Shown piece by piece: positions 39,001-52,344 of a stretch of DNA of 64,000 nucleotides. Where the stretch lies: the NCBI RefSeq assembly GCF_006345805.1, contig NC_043008.1:26970001-27034000 (forward strand), read 5' to 3'. The position numbers were made by a program, and so were the translations under genes. This DNA comes from Octopus sinensis. Taxonomy: Eukaryota. How positions within the stretch are numbered: position 1 is the first letter of the stretch; each line of letters begins with the position of its first letter. The notes beneath the pieces were generated by a model. It was not told the DNA's origin. It saw nothing but the letters and a program-made list of their open reading frames with translations, and made no database searches.

Positions 39001-40299
39001 TGATACCTGTTTCCAATTAATCTTCTGATATTTATAAGGTTTATTTTCCCTTATATTTGTTAAAAAACAAAAAGTTATATCCCTAATTAATTTGCATCGA
39101 ATAACATACACGATGTTACTTCACTTGTTCCTAGTGAGTGTATAAAGCGGGTCCCACTGGTAGATGCACTATATATTAAATGAAGACCAGTAGTAAGTTA
39201 TTACAGGCATATATTTTAGTGAATAACGTCTGCATGAAGTAAAAGGGGTTTGAAATTATGTACTTTCATGTATTTACCTAAAATATTCGCAGAACTTAAG
39301 GGGGTATTTTGAACTTACTTGACTGTAACAATATAGTTTGGAATTAATTCGCTAAATTATTAAAGGAATAACGGATTTACTTTAAATTATTTTTTCTTAT
39401 TTCTAGACTTGAGTGGAATACTTTTAACACACACCTGCAAATCCAGAAATATATGCAAAAATACTCTCTCTCACTCTCTCTCATTCACATATACATACAC
39501 ATGGTGTGGTCAGAATTTTGCTTTCATACCACATAGCCAATGATGCCTGAGGGTCGCATCAAGTGCTTTCTAGCGGCAGAAGCCTGAACTACAAGGGGCT
39601 TGTCCCACAAAGAACTTTCCGCTTACTTTTGGGTATTCCGTCGTACATCTGCTTACGCATACACGCACAAAAAGATATAAAAATGCGTATTTATAAGCAA
39701 ATTATAATATAATTTATATAAAAGTCGAAGTTTTCTCCAACTGTAAGGTACAGCCATGTTCTAATACTGATGACAAGCGGCAGTTCATAATTAACATTTA
39801 GTTCTATGGAGGGCTAGAAACCATGGCTTAAATGGGAGGCTTTGAAGCCAAGGGCATTTTTATGATTATGTTGGAGGGTGTTCAGTATATAAATTATGAT
39901 TGGAATGTACTTAAGAAGGTGTCTTTTGATTATTATACTATTGCTAAAGAGAGGGGCAATGTACAGTGGAAGTGATTATAGTCAAGTATCAATTATTTGT
40001 TTGGAAATTGACAGGTGTGTGGTCAGCTAGTCCACATTTTATCTCAACAATGTACATATACATACATACATACATACATATATACATACACACACATACA
40101 CACACACATACACACACACACACACACACACCACACACACACACATATATATATATAGGTGAGAAAGTTGGTGTGTAAAAGCACGTTGCTGGATGAATAA
40201 AAAATAGAAAAGAGTGAAAAAACTACAGAAGGTTTGTGTTATAAGGTTAAGCAAATATTTTTAAATCGTTATGTTAGAAAAATGTTATAAATTTTGTGT

Positions 40300-41925
40300 A
40301 TAGTAACATAGTTTTTGGAGAAATAACCGGTTTCGTATTTTCTTTTCAAATTTCTCAAATGGCGTTACCTACATCGTGTCATGTCTTCATTATAAAGTGA
40401 AAAGAAGAGTTCCAGGCAAGGGGAGGTAATCAGGGATTTCTCCCGGTATAAGGGAAATAATCGCTTTATATATTTTTCTTTTTTTCCCAATGAGATGAGT
40501 TTCTTTGTATAAAAATGTTAGGGTGGTTAAGTTTTGGTTTATATTTTTCAATAAAGAATGTTTCCTTGTTTAATCTAATTTGTATTGGTGTTCCAATAGC
40601 ACATTGATAGAATGGAAAGATTAAAAATTGTGGTAGTAGTTGCGTTGCGCATTTCTCAATATGCTCGCTAAAGGGTATCATTCTGTATTCTGGGAATACA
40701 ATCTATTGTCGATGCAGAGTGCATTTGCGTCTGAATGATAATCCCGTGGACCCTACATAGTTTTGGTGGTACCCCGAGCATCTTATAACATAAACTATGT
40801 TTTCTGAAGCACAAGTAAAATTAGATTTGATCTTGAACTTTTGTCCCTCTTTGAAGAGGAATTCTGATCCTTCTAGAAGGTTTAGGCATGTTGCACAGTT
40901 TGGTCTACCACATTTTTTTACTTTTGCATCCGTTATTTCAGAAAACAATTTTGCCTTTGTGAGGATCTTTTTTAGTGATTTAGGTTGTTTGTAGCTTTTA
41001 ATGATTTTATGTATGTTTAGAATTTCCTTTAATTTAGTGTCCTTATGAAGCATTGGTAAATTCTGGGTGGTGATGGTGAAAGCTTCTTTGTTTCTGGGGT
41101 TGTATGTGGATATGTAAGGCAGTATTTTCGAGGAAGGTGTGTTGCTGTGTTGAACTTTTCTTAAAGTTTCTATGTCGATTTCTGTTGCACGTCTGATTCC
41201 ATCCTGTATGAGTTGAACTGGGTAGTGTCTGTCACTTAGGGTGTTTTTGAGTTCTTGTAGACTAAATTTTCTGGTATTTTGCTCTGACGCTATTGTGCAT
41301 ATCCTTCTTGCAAGGTTGAAAGGGATGTTTGTTTTAGTGTGTCTTAGACGGCATGAATCAAAAAGTAGGTATTGTTTGGCGTCTGTGGTTTTATAAAATA
41401 TGTCTGTTTCTGTTTTTAGGTTAATTTTTTTAATTAGTATATCTAAGAATGGCAGCTCCTTTTGGTTGTACTCCATTGTGAACTGTATATTTGGGTTGAC
41501 GCTGTTCAATAGGTTTTTGAATTTTAGGAGTTTATCTGTGTTTTCATTCCAGAGTATAAAACAGTCGTCCAGGAATCTTTTCCAATTCTCTTTTATGTAT
41601 TGAGAAAGGGGGTTTCCAAAGGTCGATAAAGATTCCTGGTATATAATTATCTCCAGGTAGCCCATTGTCAGGTTCTTAATGACTGGTGCTGGCCTTGTAC
41701 CCATAGCAATTCTGGATTTTTGACGGTAAAACGTATTGTCAAACAGGAAGTGGTTATTTTGTAGGATGAATTCAACCGATTTAGTAATGAATTCTTTACT
41801 GATCCTTTTTGGTATTTCTTCCGAAAATTGGTCCAGTCAGAACTGAACTGCGTCTAGTCCATAATTATGAGGCATACTGGTGTATGAATTAACTACATCA
41901 AATGAAACTATGATTGTTTTCTATC
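40300..41925 (-). mobile_element. 5'-truncated Penelope-like element with long residual RT/GIY-YIG ORF (40703-41704)
   Basis: 'IVSFDVVNSYT', 'AMGTRPAP', 'WKRFLDDCFILW', 'LPFLD', 'CGRPNCATC', 'VYVIRCSGYHQNYVGST', ending 'FIEKYKPKLN'. Confidence 0.92.
40318..40356 (-). ncRNA. Decayed hammerhead motif downstream of the Penelope-like ORF
   Basis: Minus strand reads gagaaat-TTGAAAA (CTGAAGA with 2 changes)-gaaaatac-GAAA-ccgg-TT-atttctc. Stem I is a perfect 7 bp and stem III is palindromic. Confidence 0.45.
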
Positions 41926-43233
41926 AAAAGAAAAAATTATTTTGTAAAAGATGAATAGAAAAATGTGCGTGGGAGAACGAACAGAAAATCACACTGCGCA
42001 AGTTATCTAAGATTAACCTAAATTTAATAATTTCATGTTAACGTTGTCTTCCTTGATTACGGAGTATACGTTTACATTACACTTATAACAACTGATGTAT
42101 CTACATTATTGTTTTGTCATTTTTAGATTTTACATTCCATAGAGACATATTTAAAGACAGAATTATATTTAAGCCTATGTTCTTATTTCTTTTTCTGTCA
42201 TCACTCTTTCTTTATCTTTATCTTTCTACAAAGTATTAATATTTTCAATTCATTTTGGCAGGAACGATATCTGTTGCAACAATTAATCTAGCAAGATGCG
42301 ACTTCGCTCATCACAGCTGTGAACTCGATTATCCCACATCAACTGCCATCCATCTTTCCCGACGTCAAAGTTGGTTTACGGAATTTTGTTAATTGATATA
42401 CGTGTATAGATGCATATATAACCAATCATATGTGTGTGTATCTATGTTCGTCAGGTCACAAATCCTCGCAGCTGTTAATATGTAATCTGGTATGACCTGT
42501 ATTCATGATCGAATCTTCAGCGACTAAACCGAGTCATTCATTTGGAAAGTCTAGTGTGCAGGATTTGTTTGAATACATTTCCTGATTAACATCTGATAAT
42601 CCTTTTTTCTCCATTCTTTTTAACAAATATTTTCCTTATAAATCATATCATCTTTATATTATAATTCTAAAATGCAAAAAGTTTGTTTGTCTGGTTTTGG
42701 CATTAGAACGGGTTAAAGGGCACTAGATCCAGTCGGATTGACTCCAAAATTTATAGAGACATGTAAAATGAGGTGAGGATGGGAGCGGCCTAGGGTAGAA
42801 TCCCTATCTTACTATCTTACTAGGGCAAAAAACGCACACTTTGACAAGTCTCCTCTCATTCTCTTATCTGCATGCCTTCCTCTGTCTCTCTCTGTTTCCT
42901 CCCTTCCCATCACTTTCTCTCTATACTATCTTTCCCCGCAGCCTTTGCCAGCGCTGTCACTCTTTCCCTCACCGCCTCCCCCTCTCTCTCTGTACGTCTG
43001 TCTGCATTCATAAAGAGTTTTATTATCGCCACAATCACCGCACAATCATGAAAACAAATATTATGAACCAGATATTTATTGGGTTAATTTATATGTGTGT
43101 GTGTGTGTGTGTGTGTCTGAATCTATATATAAGTATGTATATATAATGTATATATATACAAAGTGTATATATCTGTATTTATATATTCATATATATATAT
43201 ATATATAATTTGTATACATTTGTATATATAATG

Positions 43234-43289
<56 letters not shown>

Positions 43290-43339
43290 ATGCGTATATA
43301 TGTACATATATATATATATATTATGTGTGCATTATGTGG

Positions 43340-44592
43340 TCGGTTGAGCTAAAAATATGCACACCTATGTTAAAAGTTCTGGCGAGTTTGCATGCCAACT
43401 ATTTTTTTCCTCAAATGAAAGGCGTGACCTCTAGGACAAAATTCCCCATCTTTTTAAAATGTGGCCCGATTACACCCGAATTAAATCGTCTTGTATTAAC
43501 CAAACAAGTAAAACAATCAAAAACTGTGCCATTTTAATCCCAAGTAAGGTCGGGTATCTCTGTAGGTCTAGTGTATATTTGTGAAAAGGGCAGACGTTGT
43601 CTCACAAGTAGTTATACAAGCTAAAGTGTTAGTAAATATGGTAGGATTCAATTGAAAATGTGCACACCTATGTTAAAAGTTCTGGTGAGTTTGCATGGCA
43701 ACTTTGAGTTTGCTCAATTAAAAGGTGTGGCCTCTAGGGCAAAATTCCTCATCTTTAAAGTGTGGCCCGCGGAAACCCGAATGAAATTGAGTTATAATAC
43801 CGAAACAAATAAAACAACGATAAACTTTTTAAATCCGAGCAAGACCGGGTTTCTCTGCTATCTACATATAAAAGAGGTTTTGGGTCAAAATTGTGTGCAC
43901 GTTTTGCTACGTCAGAGGTTGGCGGCCACTCCAGTGGTCAGATCGAGCTGAAAATTGACACAGGCATAGAAGGCGTGATGAGTTGAGTAGGTTAAAACTC
44001 ACCATCTGGAAATATGCGGTTGCTATGCTGAGAAGATTCAAGGGGGCTCTAAGACCCTCCAGATTGGCGCGATTGGCTTCTAATCCTATCTATAATATGA
44101 AGAAGGCAAACGTAAACGCAGATTGGATTTTATGTAAAAAGCGGTCTAAATGGGGCTGGAAGGGGATTCAAATTTACAGGAGGGGGTAACTTGAGGGGGA
44201 TATTGATTGGGAGACGTTTTGTGGCACTACAGTGGTTGCTCTGATGTGAAAACTGGGATTTTATTAATTTTGGGGGACACTTGGTGGTCTAGATCGGACA
44301 CCTTTTGCCCGATTTCAATCAAATTTTCAACATGGTATAGTGGAAGCGGATTTGTAATTGAAACGCGGAAATCTAATTTTTTTATAAATGGCAGAGAGAT
44401 GGATAGAGAAAGAGAAAGAGTAAGAGAAAGTGAGGGAAAGTCCAAGAGAAAGGAAGAGTAAAAGAGTGAGAAAAGGAGAAAGGATAGAGAAACAAAGAGG
44501 GAGAATGTGGCGATAAGAAACAGAAAGGAAGCAACAGAAAGTAACAACCACAACCCCATCCGCGCGTAGAGCGGGTCACCTTAAGCTAGTCT
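43340..44592 (-). mobile_element. Cluster of three adjacent HINE-like elements
   Basis: About 230-bp related units at 43340-43580 and 43630-43866, each ending (plus strand) in 'cggg..tctctg..a..ta'. A third element at 43860-44592 has the minus-strand start 'actagcttaaggtgacccgctctacgcgcgg'. Confidence 0.65.
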
Positions 44593-44736
44593 AATCTATA
44601 TGGTAGAAACCGACTTTCTTAGTGTCGAGCGACAGCAAAAGAACCGACTAACATATCAAATGTTCTAGTGTAGTAAATAAATTAATAATTACAAAATTAA
44701 CAAGAAGGGAAATAAGAAAAACGAAAAAACGGAAGC

Positions 44737-44783
<47 letters not shown>

Positions 44784-44785
44784 TA

Positions 44786-44825
<40 letters not shown>

Positions 44826-44827
44826 GG

Positions 44828-44866
<39 letters not shown>

Positions 44867-44875
44867 TTGATAATG

Positions 44876-44967
<92 letters not shown>

Positions 44968-44972
44968 AAGAC
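44737..44972. repeat. (AAT)n followed by (AAG)n microsatellite
   Basis: Direct reading; source of the poly-I/Y/L/R/S ORFs. Confidence 0.95.
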
Positions 44973-45849
44973 ATAACTGTATAATGATCACAATGATTTA
45001 TACAATGAGAGAAAGAAAGAAACCTGAAATTGACAAACGGTCTTCATTCGATGACAAATGACATGAGGACAAACCCCTTAAGTTCAACTCGAAAAAATCA
45101 AAAGTCGAAGACAAAGAAGAAAAGAAAAGGAAAGAATAATGACGTCTATTAGAATTGGCCATTAACAAACAGTGAAACAGCTGAGGGGGAACGGAGTCAT
45201 TGACAAGGTCAAAGGCGTACTATTTAAATTATGACACGTATAAATCAGATGTGAATTTAATAGTTTTATGTTTGTGCGTTATTAAATGGATAGAATGGCT
45301 GTCTAAAGATGTGACATATTTACTTCAGTTACAACTCACAGGCTTACCTCACATCACTTGCCTGAGAAGTACAGCTCTAATTTATATGTATAAACACACG
45401 CATATGCGCACATTGGTACATAATATCTTTCGTGGTAGGCCTCAGACATCTGCAAATCAGAGAAAAGAAATTATAGTTTAATTTTGTAATAATATATTTT
45501 AGGCAGAGAGCAGAAGGCTGCTTCTAAATTTATCAGGTACATGTGGGAGCAATGGAAGCTCTTACACGTACAAGCTAAACGCTCTGGAGGTATCAGGCTA
45601 CATTTGAGTGTCGTGTGTTAATGCGTGTGGTGTATTTTGTAGTTAGATATTGTTAGATAACATTCATAGCATACAGAAAAGAAATAATGTCTCTCGGAGT
45701 ATGTCAAAATTGTTTATTCTGAAACTGTGTATATGAGAGTTAAGCTTAAGGCGGACTTGTGCGGGTATTTGCGGCCGATAGTTTGAATTTCATGAATGAG
45801 GTCTATTGTTGTTGACAGCAATATGATAGATCAATTTTTATATTAATGG

Positions 45850-45934
<85 letters not shown>

Positions 45935-45938
<4 letters not shown>

Positions 45939-46311
45939 TAAAAAATGTGCAAAATGTGGAAGCTGAAGACTAAAACAATACCTGTTGTCATAGGTGCCCT
46001 GGGAATGATAGCGAAAGGGACTGATTGCTACCTAACTCAGATACAAGGAAACCCCAAAATGGCAGAAATTCAAAAAATAGTGCTCATGGGAACTGCTCAT
46101 ATCCTACGCAAAATACTCTCTATGTAATCCCAAGGTTTAAAACAAACTTTTTTTTTTTTTTAAATTTTATTTTTATGTATTAGACATTCACTAGTACAAC
46201 ACCCCCCCCAAAAAAAAAATATATGGCACAGAACTTCCAACCTGTTGTCTCTTGAGGTCTCTGGGTGAGACTTGGAGCCAAATTGTACAGACATAAAGCA
46301 AAAGTCAAACA

Positions 46312-46312
<1 letters not shown>
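45935..46312 (+). mobile_element. R4/Dong-like 3' end flanked on both sides by (AAT)n
   Basis: 'MWKLKTKTIPVVIGALGMI...EIQKIVLMGTAHILRKILSM*' is homologous to the C-terminus at 20800-20972. Confidence 0.88.
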
Positions 46313-46373
<61 letters not shown>

Positions 46374-46399
46374 GTAATGAAATTATTGTATACATTGAT

Positions 46400-46635
46400 C
46401 AGGTGCACCACAACTTGTCAAAAGAGCATATAAAGCATATGCATTGATGTACAAATGTCTGGGAAGTGAACAGTGTATGAGTCAGATACAAGCTTGCGTG
46501 TGTATAGAGGGGAGAAAATCAGGTGTAGTGTAGGCGAATCTCAGGAAGCATGGAAGTTTTGAAAGATGCAGTGCTCCGACAACTAACAACTGATGCCGGA
46601 TGTTTGTTCCATGCTTCAGCAACTCTTAGCGTGAA
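46400..46635 (-). mobile_element. CR1/L2-group LINE 3' end
   Basis: Minus strand translates approximately to 'FTLRVAEAWNK.PASVVSCRSTASFKTSM', the typical 'RV...WN.LP' CR1 C-terminus. Confidence 0.7.
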
Positions 46636-47795
46636 AAAATATAGTACGCTGTTGCAATATATAAAATTTCTTTTGGAGGTAAATACCGCGATAACAAAAT
46701 CATAGGGAATTTCAGAGTGGCCCTCTTACCAATGCCCTATCTGATGCTGGGAATTCGTTCCCTTATTGCCAGTGCATCCAATTCTAGTAGAAGAGGACGT
46801 GGATTTTGCCTGTTCCTACACCTGAAGAAGTGTATAGGCAAGCCCCTATATATATGTATATATGTGTGTGTGTGTGTGTGTACGTAGACACACACACACA
46901 CATATATGTATATATTTATGTGTGTGTATGGGTATATGTAGGATGTCATCGGATGGTGTGACAACTGCTTTTGAGAATCTGCCCTTCCATCAGCTACTTG
47001 AAGGGATTTCCTGTTACAGATTGTAGTATGGGATGTTTCTCATCTTTCAACGAGATTGAATAACCAATTCCAACAAGCGAAGATCCACAGCACAGGTCGC
47101 TCTTATTCATCCTTTCGATTGCTGAATGCAAACGTGGCCTACGAGTTCTCTGTGTGGGTGATTTTCCTGAGTCAACCTCTCACACCTGTACGCTAATCCC
47201 TCACAGCGTCACCCATTTACAGATCAGTGGACTGAAATAACGTTAAATAAAGTGTTTTTCCCTAAGAAAACAATGCACAACCGGTCTAGGAATGGAAACC
47301 ATGATCTGGCAATACCCTGGCCACCAGGCCATGGGTTGGTGCATGTTTGTTTCTGTTGCTCTGAGCAGTTTTGGAAGTCGATATCTTCCAGGTATGTGTA
47401 GCTGATCGTAATATTATGGTTATTAAAAATTTCATGATGCACAAGTGTTTCTAAAATACTGTTTAGTTACGGCCACAAAGCTTCTATCTGTATGAATGAA
47501 TACATCTTGAATGAATGGAGCACTTCGCTGAATTTCTTTTCTCTTCCTAAGTTTCTTCGAGTTTGTAAATGAGGAAGAAGATTAGAGAGCATTCACATAC
47601 ACTAATTTATCAGTAAAGTCTCTCCTCGCTGCTGTCTCGTTATAATGGCTTGTTACCCTTGTGACCCTTTTTCAGATCTCTCTATCCGCTGATAAACTGG
47701 AAATTCTTTCGCTGATGCTTTTTCGGTATTAAATAACTCTAGACACTAACCTAACTAAGGGTGGTTACATAGATCTTGTATTTGATTTTAAAACT

Positions 47796-47945
47796 GTAAA
47801 AATATATGTATTAGATTTTAAGCAAACGTGTCGTGTTGTTTTCAAGCAAACTTTAACTTGTAAAGGATGAGAACAGCCAAAATATTTAATGAAGCAATTA
47901 TATCATGAAATATGATTTCTCTTGAAACAACTGCATGATACAATT
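47796..47945 (+). repeat. About 150-bp direct repeat, copy 1 (copy 2 at 50529-50676)
   Basis: The two copies align end to end with scattered substitutions; the flanks are unrelated. Confidence 0.85.
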
Positions 47946-48384
47946 CAAAAACTTGAACGTAGACCATTTAGAAAAAAATTTAACTCATTCATATTATAAG
48001 TTTAACCAGCATTACAACGATATTATGCTTGTCTTCCCGAACAGAACTATTAAAAAATGGAAGCTTTTTCAAATAATTAAGTCTTATTAGCTAGTCGATT
48101 CAAGAATGATATTACCCACATCCTGGCTAGTTCAAAAGAAAAAAGAGGAGCCGTGACTCTTTCCACTCGATGTAAATCCTAAATCAAGGATAGATGTTCT
48201 AAATCTAATGGACAAACGCTCCCCACTTCAGCAAAAATGCAAAGAAAAGCTTTAAACAGATACAACCTAAAAATAAGCTAAATTTGCATCAGACAAATTA
48301 GAAATATGTTAACGCACACTATTACCAACGAAACCGACGGTATACGCTCATACAAGAACACAAATACTTTATCACTAGACATCT

Positions 48385-49173
48385 CTTCTCTCTATATATA
48401 AAAGGCAAGTTGTCTGTCTGTGTGTCTGTGTGTCTGTCAGGTTGTACCCTCACCCTGACCACGGCTTTCAACCGATTCTGATGAAACTTGACACACACAT
48501 AGCCCAATGTCATAATTAAAAACTAATGCAGCGTAAATTTTGAAAAGTTACCCCAGTTCTGAAAATAATCGATAAATTCGACATTGGGTCTAGAATCTAA
48601 GCTTATCATATGCAACACATTTTCCGTTGCAGTTTTCGTAACAAGCCATCAATTTTCACCAAACTCATGGTGAAGCTTAATGTTACCCTAAGGAACTTAA
48701 TTCTGACGTTAGTCTTCCATGCAATACCTTACCATCAGAAAAAATCGATAAAATCATGCCATTTTGGGAAATCGCGTTCAAATTCAAGATGACATATTTT
48801 CGACAATATCTTTAAGAATTTGGCAGGAATTTTTTTTGAAATTCACAGCGAGCATCATGTCTGCTCCAAGGAGCTATATGGCCCTTTTGATTCCAATATG
48901 ATACGTTATTACTGGAAAAAATCGGTTAATTACATCATATGTGGCACACATAGCAAACCGATTTTTCTGCGATATTTTTTTAAAGTTCACATAGATTTTT
49001 ACCTACTTCTTCATGCATGCAAGGGAACGGTGCTTTGAATGCCTTAATGCCTTTTAGGCTTCATTTTACAAAATAACGGTTCAATGAGTACAAAAAAGGG
49101 TAAAAAGGTAAAGGGCATTGCATATCAACAAAGTTTCTTACATACCCGGGCAACGCCGGGCTATACTGCTAGT
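48385..49173 (-). mobile_element. Complete HINE/DINE-1-like element
   Basis: Minus start 'actagcagtatagcccggcgttgcccggg' (as at 29844), internal (GACA)n, end 'ccttttatatatagaga'. Confidence 0.8.
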
Positions 49174-49364
49174 TTCCTATAAAGTTGAAGCTATAATTTT
49201 TGAAGCGGTGATCATATCTATAGCGCACAAGCTAGAAGTGATATAAAAGCATTTCATGTACTTGACAAAGGTGAAACTTAAGGAGAAATTTTATGATCAT
49301 ATATATGATCCTCATTTAAGCTGATAATTAAACAATAAAACTATAATATTTACCGCTTCTAGGG

Positions 49365-49505
49365 TGGAGAGGTGGCAAGAATCGTTAACGTGCGGGACAA
49401 AATGCTTAGCGGCATTCTGTCCGTCTCTACGTTCTGAGTTCAAATGCTGCCAAGGTCGACTTAGCTTTCATCCACAAAATAAGTACCAGTTAAGCACTAT
49501 TGCCA
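49365..49505 (+). mobile_element. tRNA-like SINE with internal deletion
   Basis: 'ggcaagaatcgttaac...aaaatgcttagcggcatt...ctgagttcaaat...aaataagtaccagtt'. Confidence 0.8.
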
Positions 49506-49979
49506 AAATTTTAAAGCAATATTTACTGCCGACATTTAAAAAATTAGGAATAAAGTTTTTGCTAACTCTTATGAAATTTTCTTTTCTCGCTTTCCTCCTC
49601 CCATCCTCCGGTAATTCCTTTACTTCATTTCCCTCATTATGCGTATCTTTCGCTTTCCTTACTCTTATTATGAGGCTGTCTCAATTTCCCTTAATCCAAC
49701 AAAAAATCCCCTGTGTACTTCAATTTCTCCAAAAACAACTCTTGCCATCAAACAATAACTCACCTATTTAACGGAAGAGATACTCCTCTCCTTAACAAAA
49801 TTAGGAGTATGACAATAATTGTTTTATTCAAGATATTTTTCATAAGTTCTTACATGTGGTGGTTAACGTTTTGAACGTGCCTCCATCAAGCCCTCATATG
49901 CTTAAACATAAGACAACACCAACAAAATATCAAACAGACTAATAGATAACATATGTACCCAACAGTGAAAATAATAACA

Positions 49980-50420
49980 TCATGATATTAGATGCAGAAC
50001 TGAATATGTTGTCTGAATATACAACTGTCCAGCGTAAACCACGGTAAGTTGGACTAACTTTAACGAAAACTTGAAATAATTAACACACTAGCAAGGAGTG
50101 ATGCAGGAGTACATCTCCTGCAAGATAGAGAATATCAACAACATCGATGGCAACAGTAGCCTCTCCATGACCTTTGATAAATGCATCGCATATCATCTAG
50201 AGAGCTGCGACTTTACCAGCCAGGAAGAGGACATAGACACTAATATCTATGCGTTGCGACTGATGATGCTGATTGGAAGACATTGTCATTCTCATCAGTA
50301 GCAGTTCAACGATATGCACAGGAAAATATCATTAGAACGGACTACAAGGCTGTCTGGAGGAAGACTAATCCTGATAGCCATACTAAAGGCAAACCAGAAC
50401 TAGATTATATCCTCACTGTT
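49980..50420 (+). mobile_element. Possible highly decayed LINE (RTE-like) RT fragment
   Basis: Locally GC-richer coding-like sequence with a xADD-like 'gcgactgatgatgct'; no clean frame. Confidence 0.25.
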
Positions 50421-50528
50421 TAAAATATAGAATACTGTTGGGGCACTCCAATTAAAATCAACAGGCCAGATTAAACACATTAGGCCGGATATTGTTCCAT
50501 GGGACAAGGAAGAAAATTAGATTAATCG

Positions 50529-50676
50529 GTAAATATATGTATTAGATTTTAAGCATATGTATCGTGTTGTTATCAAGCAAACGTTAACTTGTAAAGGATG
50601 AGAACAAACAAAATATTTAATAAAGCAATTATATCACGAAATATTATTTCTCTTGAAACAACTGCATGATGCCATT
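50529..50676 (+). repeat. About 150-bp direct repeat, copy 2
   Basis: Aligns with 47796-47945. Confidence 0.85.
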
Positions 50677-51067
50677 AAAATTAAGAGATGTAAATAGATA
50701 TAGTGTAGTTTTCTCTAAAATGAAGTAATTGTTAGATATAAGTAGCTGTCGATGCTGTTCAAACTGGAAACTTAAACTAATAATAAACAACTACCTTTAC
50801 TTTACCGCATCATATATGTTTTATCTCTTTTACCAAACATGTTATTACAACTCTTATTTTCTCAAGTTATTCAGTAATTAATGACTAGATCTCATCACGT
50901 CCATGTCCAATAGAGCTAATGTGCAATTTACATTTATCATAACCGCTATTAATTATCTTAATATTTATTCCGTCCTCTCATTTGAGATAACGTGTGCGTA
51001 CACACACTTACACACGCATACACACACAAACTCACACTCTTTCTTCCACAGACACACGCACATAAAC

Positions 51068-51112
<45 letters not shown>

Positions 51113-51224
51113 TACGAGATACATATCCATACAACACTTTCATAAATTTCTATGCATGCACAAACATATGCTTAGATGCACATATATAAACAACGAATGA
51201 ATTACTGATATAACACGACTTTTA

Positions 51225-51460
51225 TCTTTTATCTTGTACTTGCTTCAGTAATTTAATTGCGGCCATGCTGGGGTACCTCTTTGAAGAATTTTTTATCGAT
51301 TGGATCGACCGCAGTACTTATTTTTAAAATCAGGGACCTATTCTATTATCTTTTGCAGTAGCATCTAGTAGCTTTTGCCGAACTGGTAAGTTGTGGGGAC
51401 GTAAACACACTAACAACGGTTGTCAAACGTTAGTAAGGGACAAACGCAGACACAAAGACA
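51225..51460 (-). mobile_element. CORE-type SINE 3' portion
   Basis: Homologous to 27405-27600 ('gcggccatgctgg', 'ttttgccgaac', 'ggggacgtaaacacac'). Confidence 0.75.
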
Positions 51461-51485
51461 CACTCACCCACACACACATAAATGC

Positions 51486-51526
<41 letters not shown>

Positions 51527-51617
51527 CACACAAAATTCAAATACGTTATCATTATCTTTATTAGAAATAACGATAAAGTGGCCTGCAAACATAACCAAAG
51601 TGGCAGAATATATGTGA

Positions 51618-52006
51618 AAAGGAAGGGTACATTATTCACCTGCTTGCTATAAAGAAGAGTTAAAACTCTTGAAAGCTATGCATCTCTCGCTTTATGTGAA
51701 TACGCACACAGAATGTAGCAAATGTGCTAAAAAAAGAAAAAAAACAGTCGTCCCCATTTGTAAAACTGCAAAGGGGGGAATAGATATCTCAGCTTTAAAT
51801 GTCATTTGGCACAGAAAGCGAAACCAATTGATATTGGCATATCTACTCTCCTCGTTGTAGTTTTACCAATGGGGATGATCGTTTTTTCTTTTTAGTATAT
51901 TTGCTACATTCTCCGTGCGTGTTTAAATAAAGCGAAAGATACGTAGCTTTGGAGAGTTTTAATTCTTCTTTCTAGCAAACAGGTGCGTATTGTAACCTGA
52001 CTTTTA
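51618..52006. mobile_element. Fold-back/MITE-like element with about 170-bp inverted arms and a 50-bp spacer
   Basis: 51618-51788 is the diverged reverse complement of 51840-52006. Confidence 0.75.
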
Positions 52007-52021
52007 TTATAAGTATGTATC

Positions 52022-52074
<53 letters not shown>

Positions 52075-52079
<5 letters not shown>

Positions 52080-52330
52080 ATTATGCCTATAAAACGGATT
52101 TACAAATTCAATACTCATACATATCTTACATCTATTTTCTTTCCTGCACCTCACTCTCTATTTTGTATCACATCGAAACTATGACTTAATTTTCCCTCTC
52201 ACACCGTCTGAGATGAAGGGATATTAGTAATCAATATCCTAGAAACAGCTATAAGACCTTCTATCTATAAATGCTCTAATATCTATACAGCCTTGTTTTT
52301 TTTTATCTTATTACGCAAAAAATTATTTTA
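52075..52330 (+). mobile_element. Second copy of the hammerhead-bearing repeat (core mutated)
   Basis: Aligns with 26225-26470. Motif at 52206-52257 reads gtct-GAGATGA-a-gggatatt/aatatcct-a-GAAA-cagcta-TA-agac. Confidence 0.75.
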
Positions 52331-52344
52331 TATATATATATATA

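Noticed and set aside
42262-42392. Candidate exon after a strong polypyrimidine tract (TISVATINLARCDFAHH...)
   Set aside because: No convincing donor site or homology.
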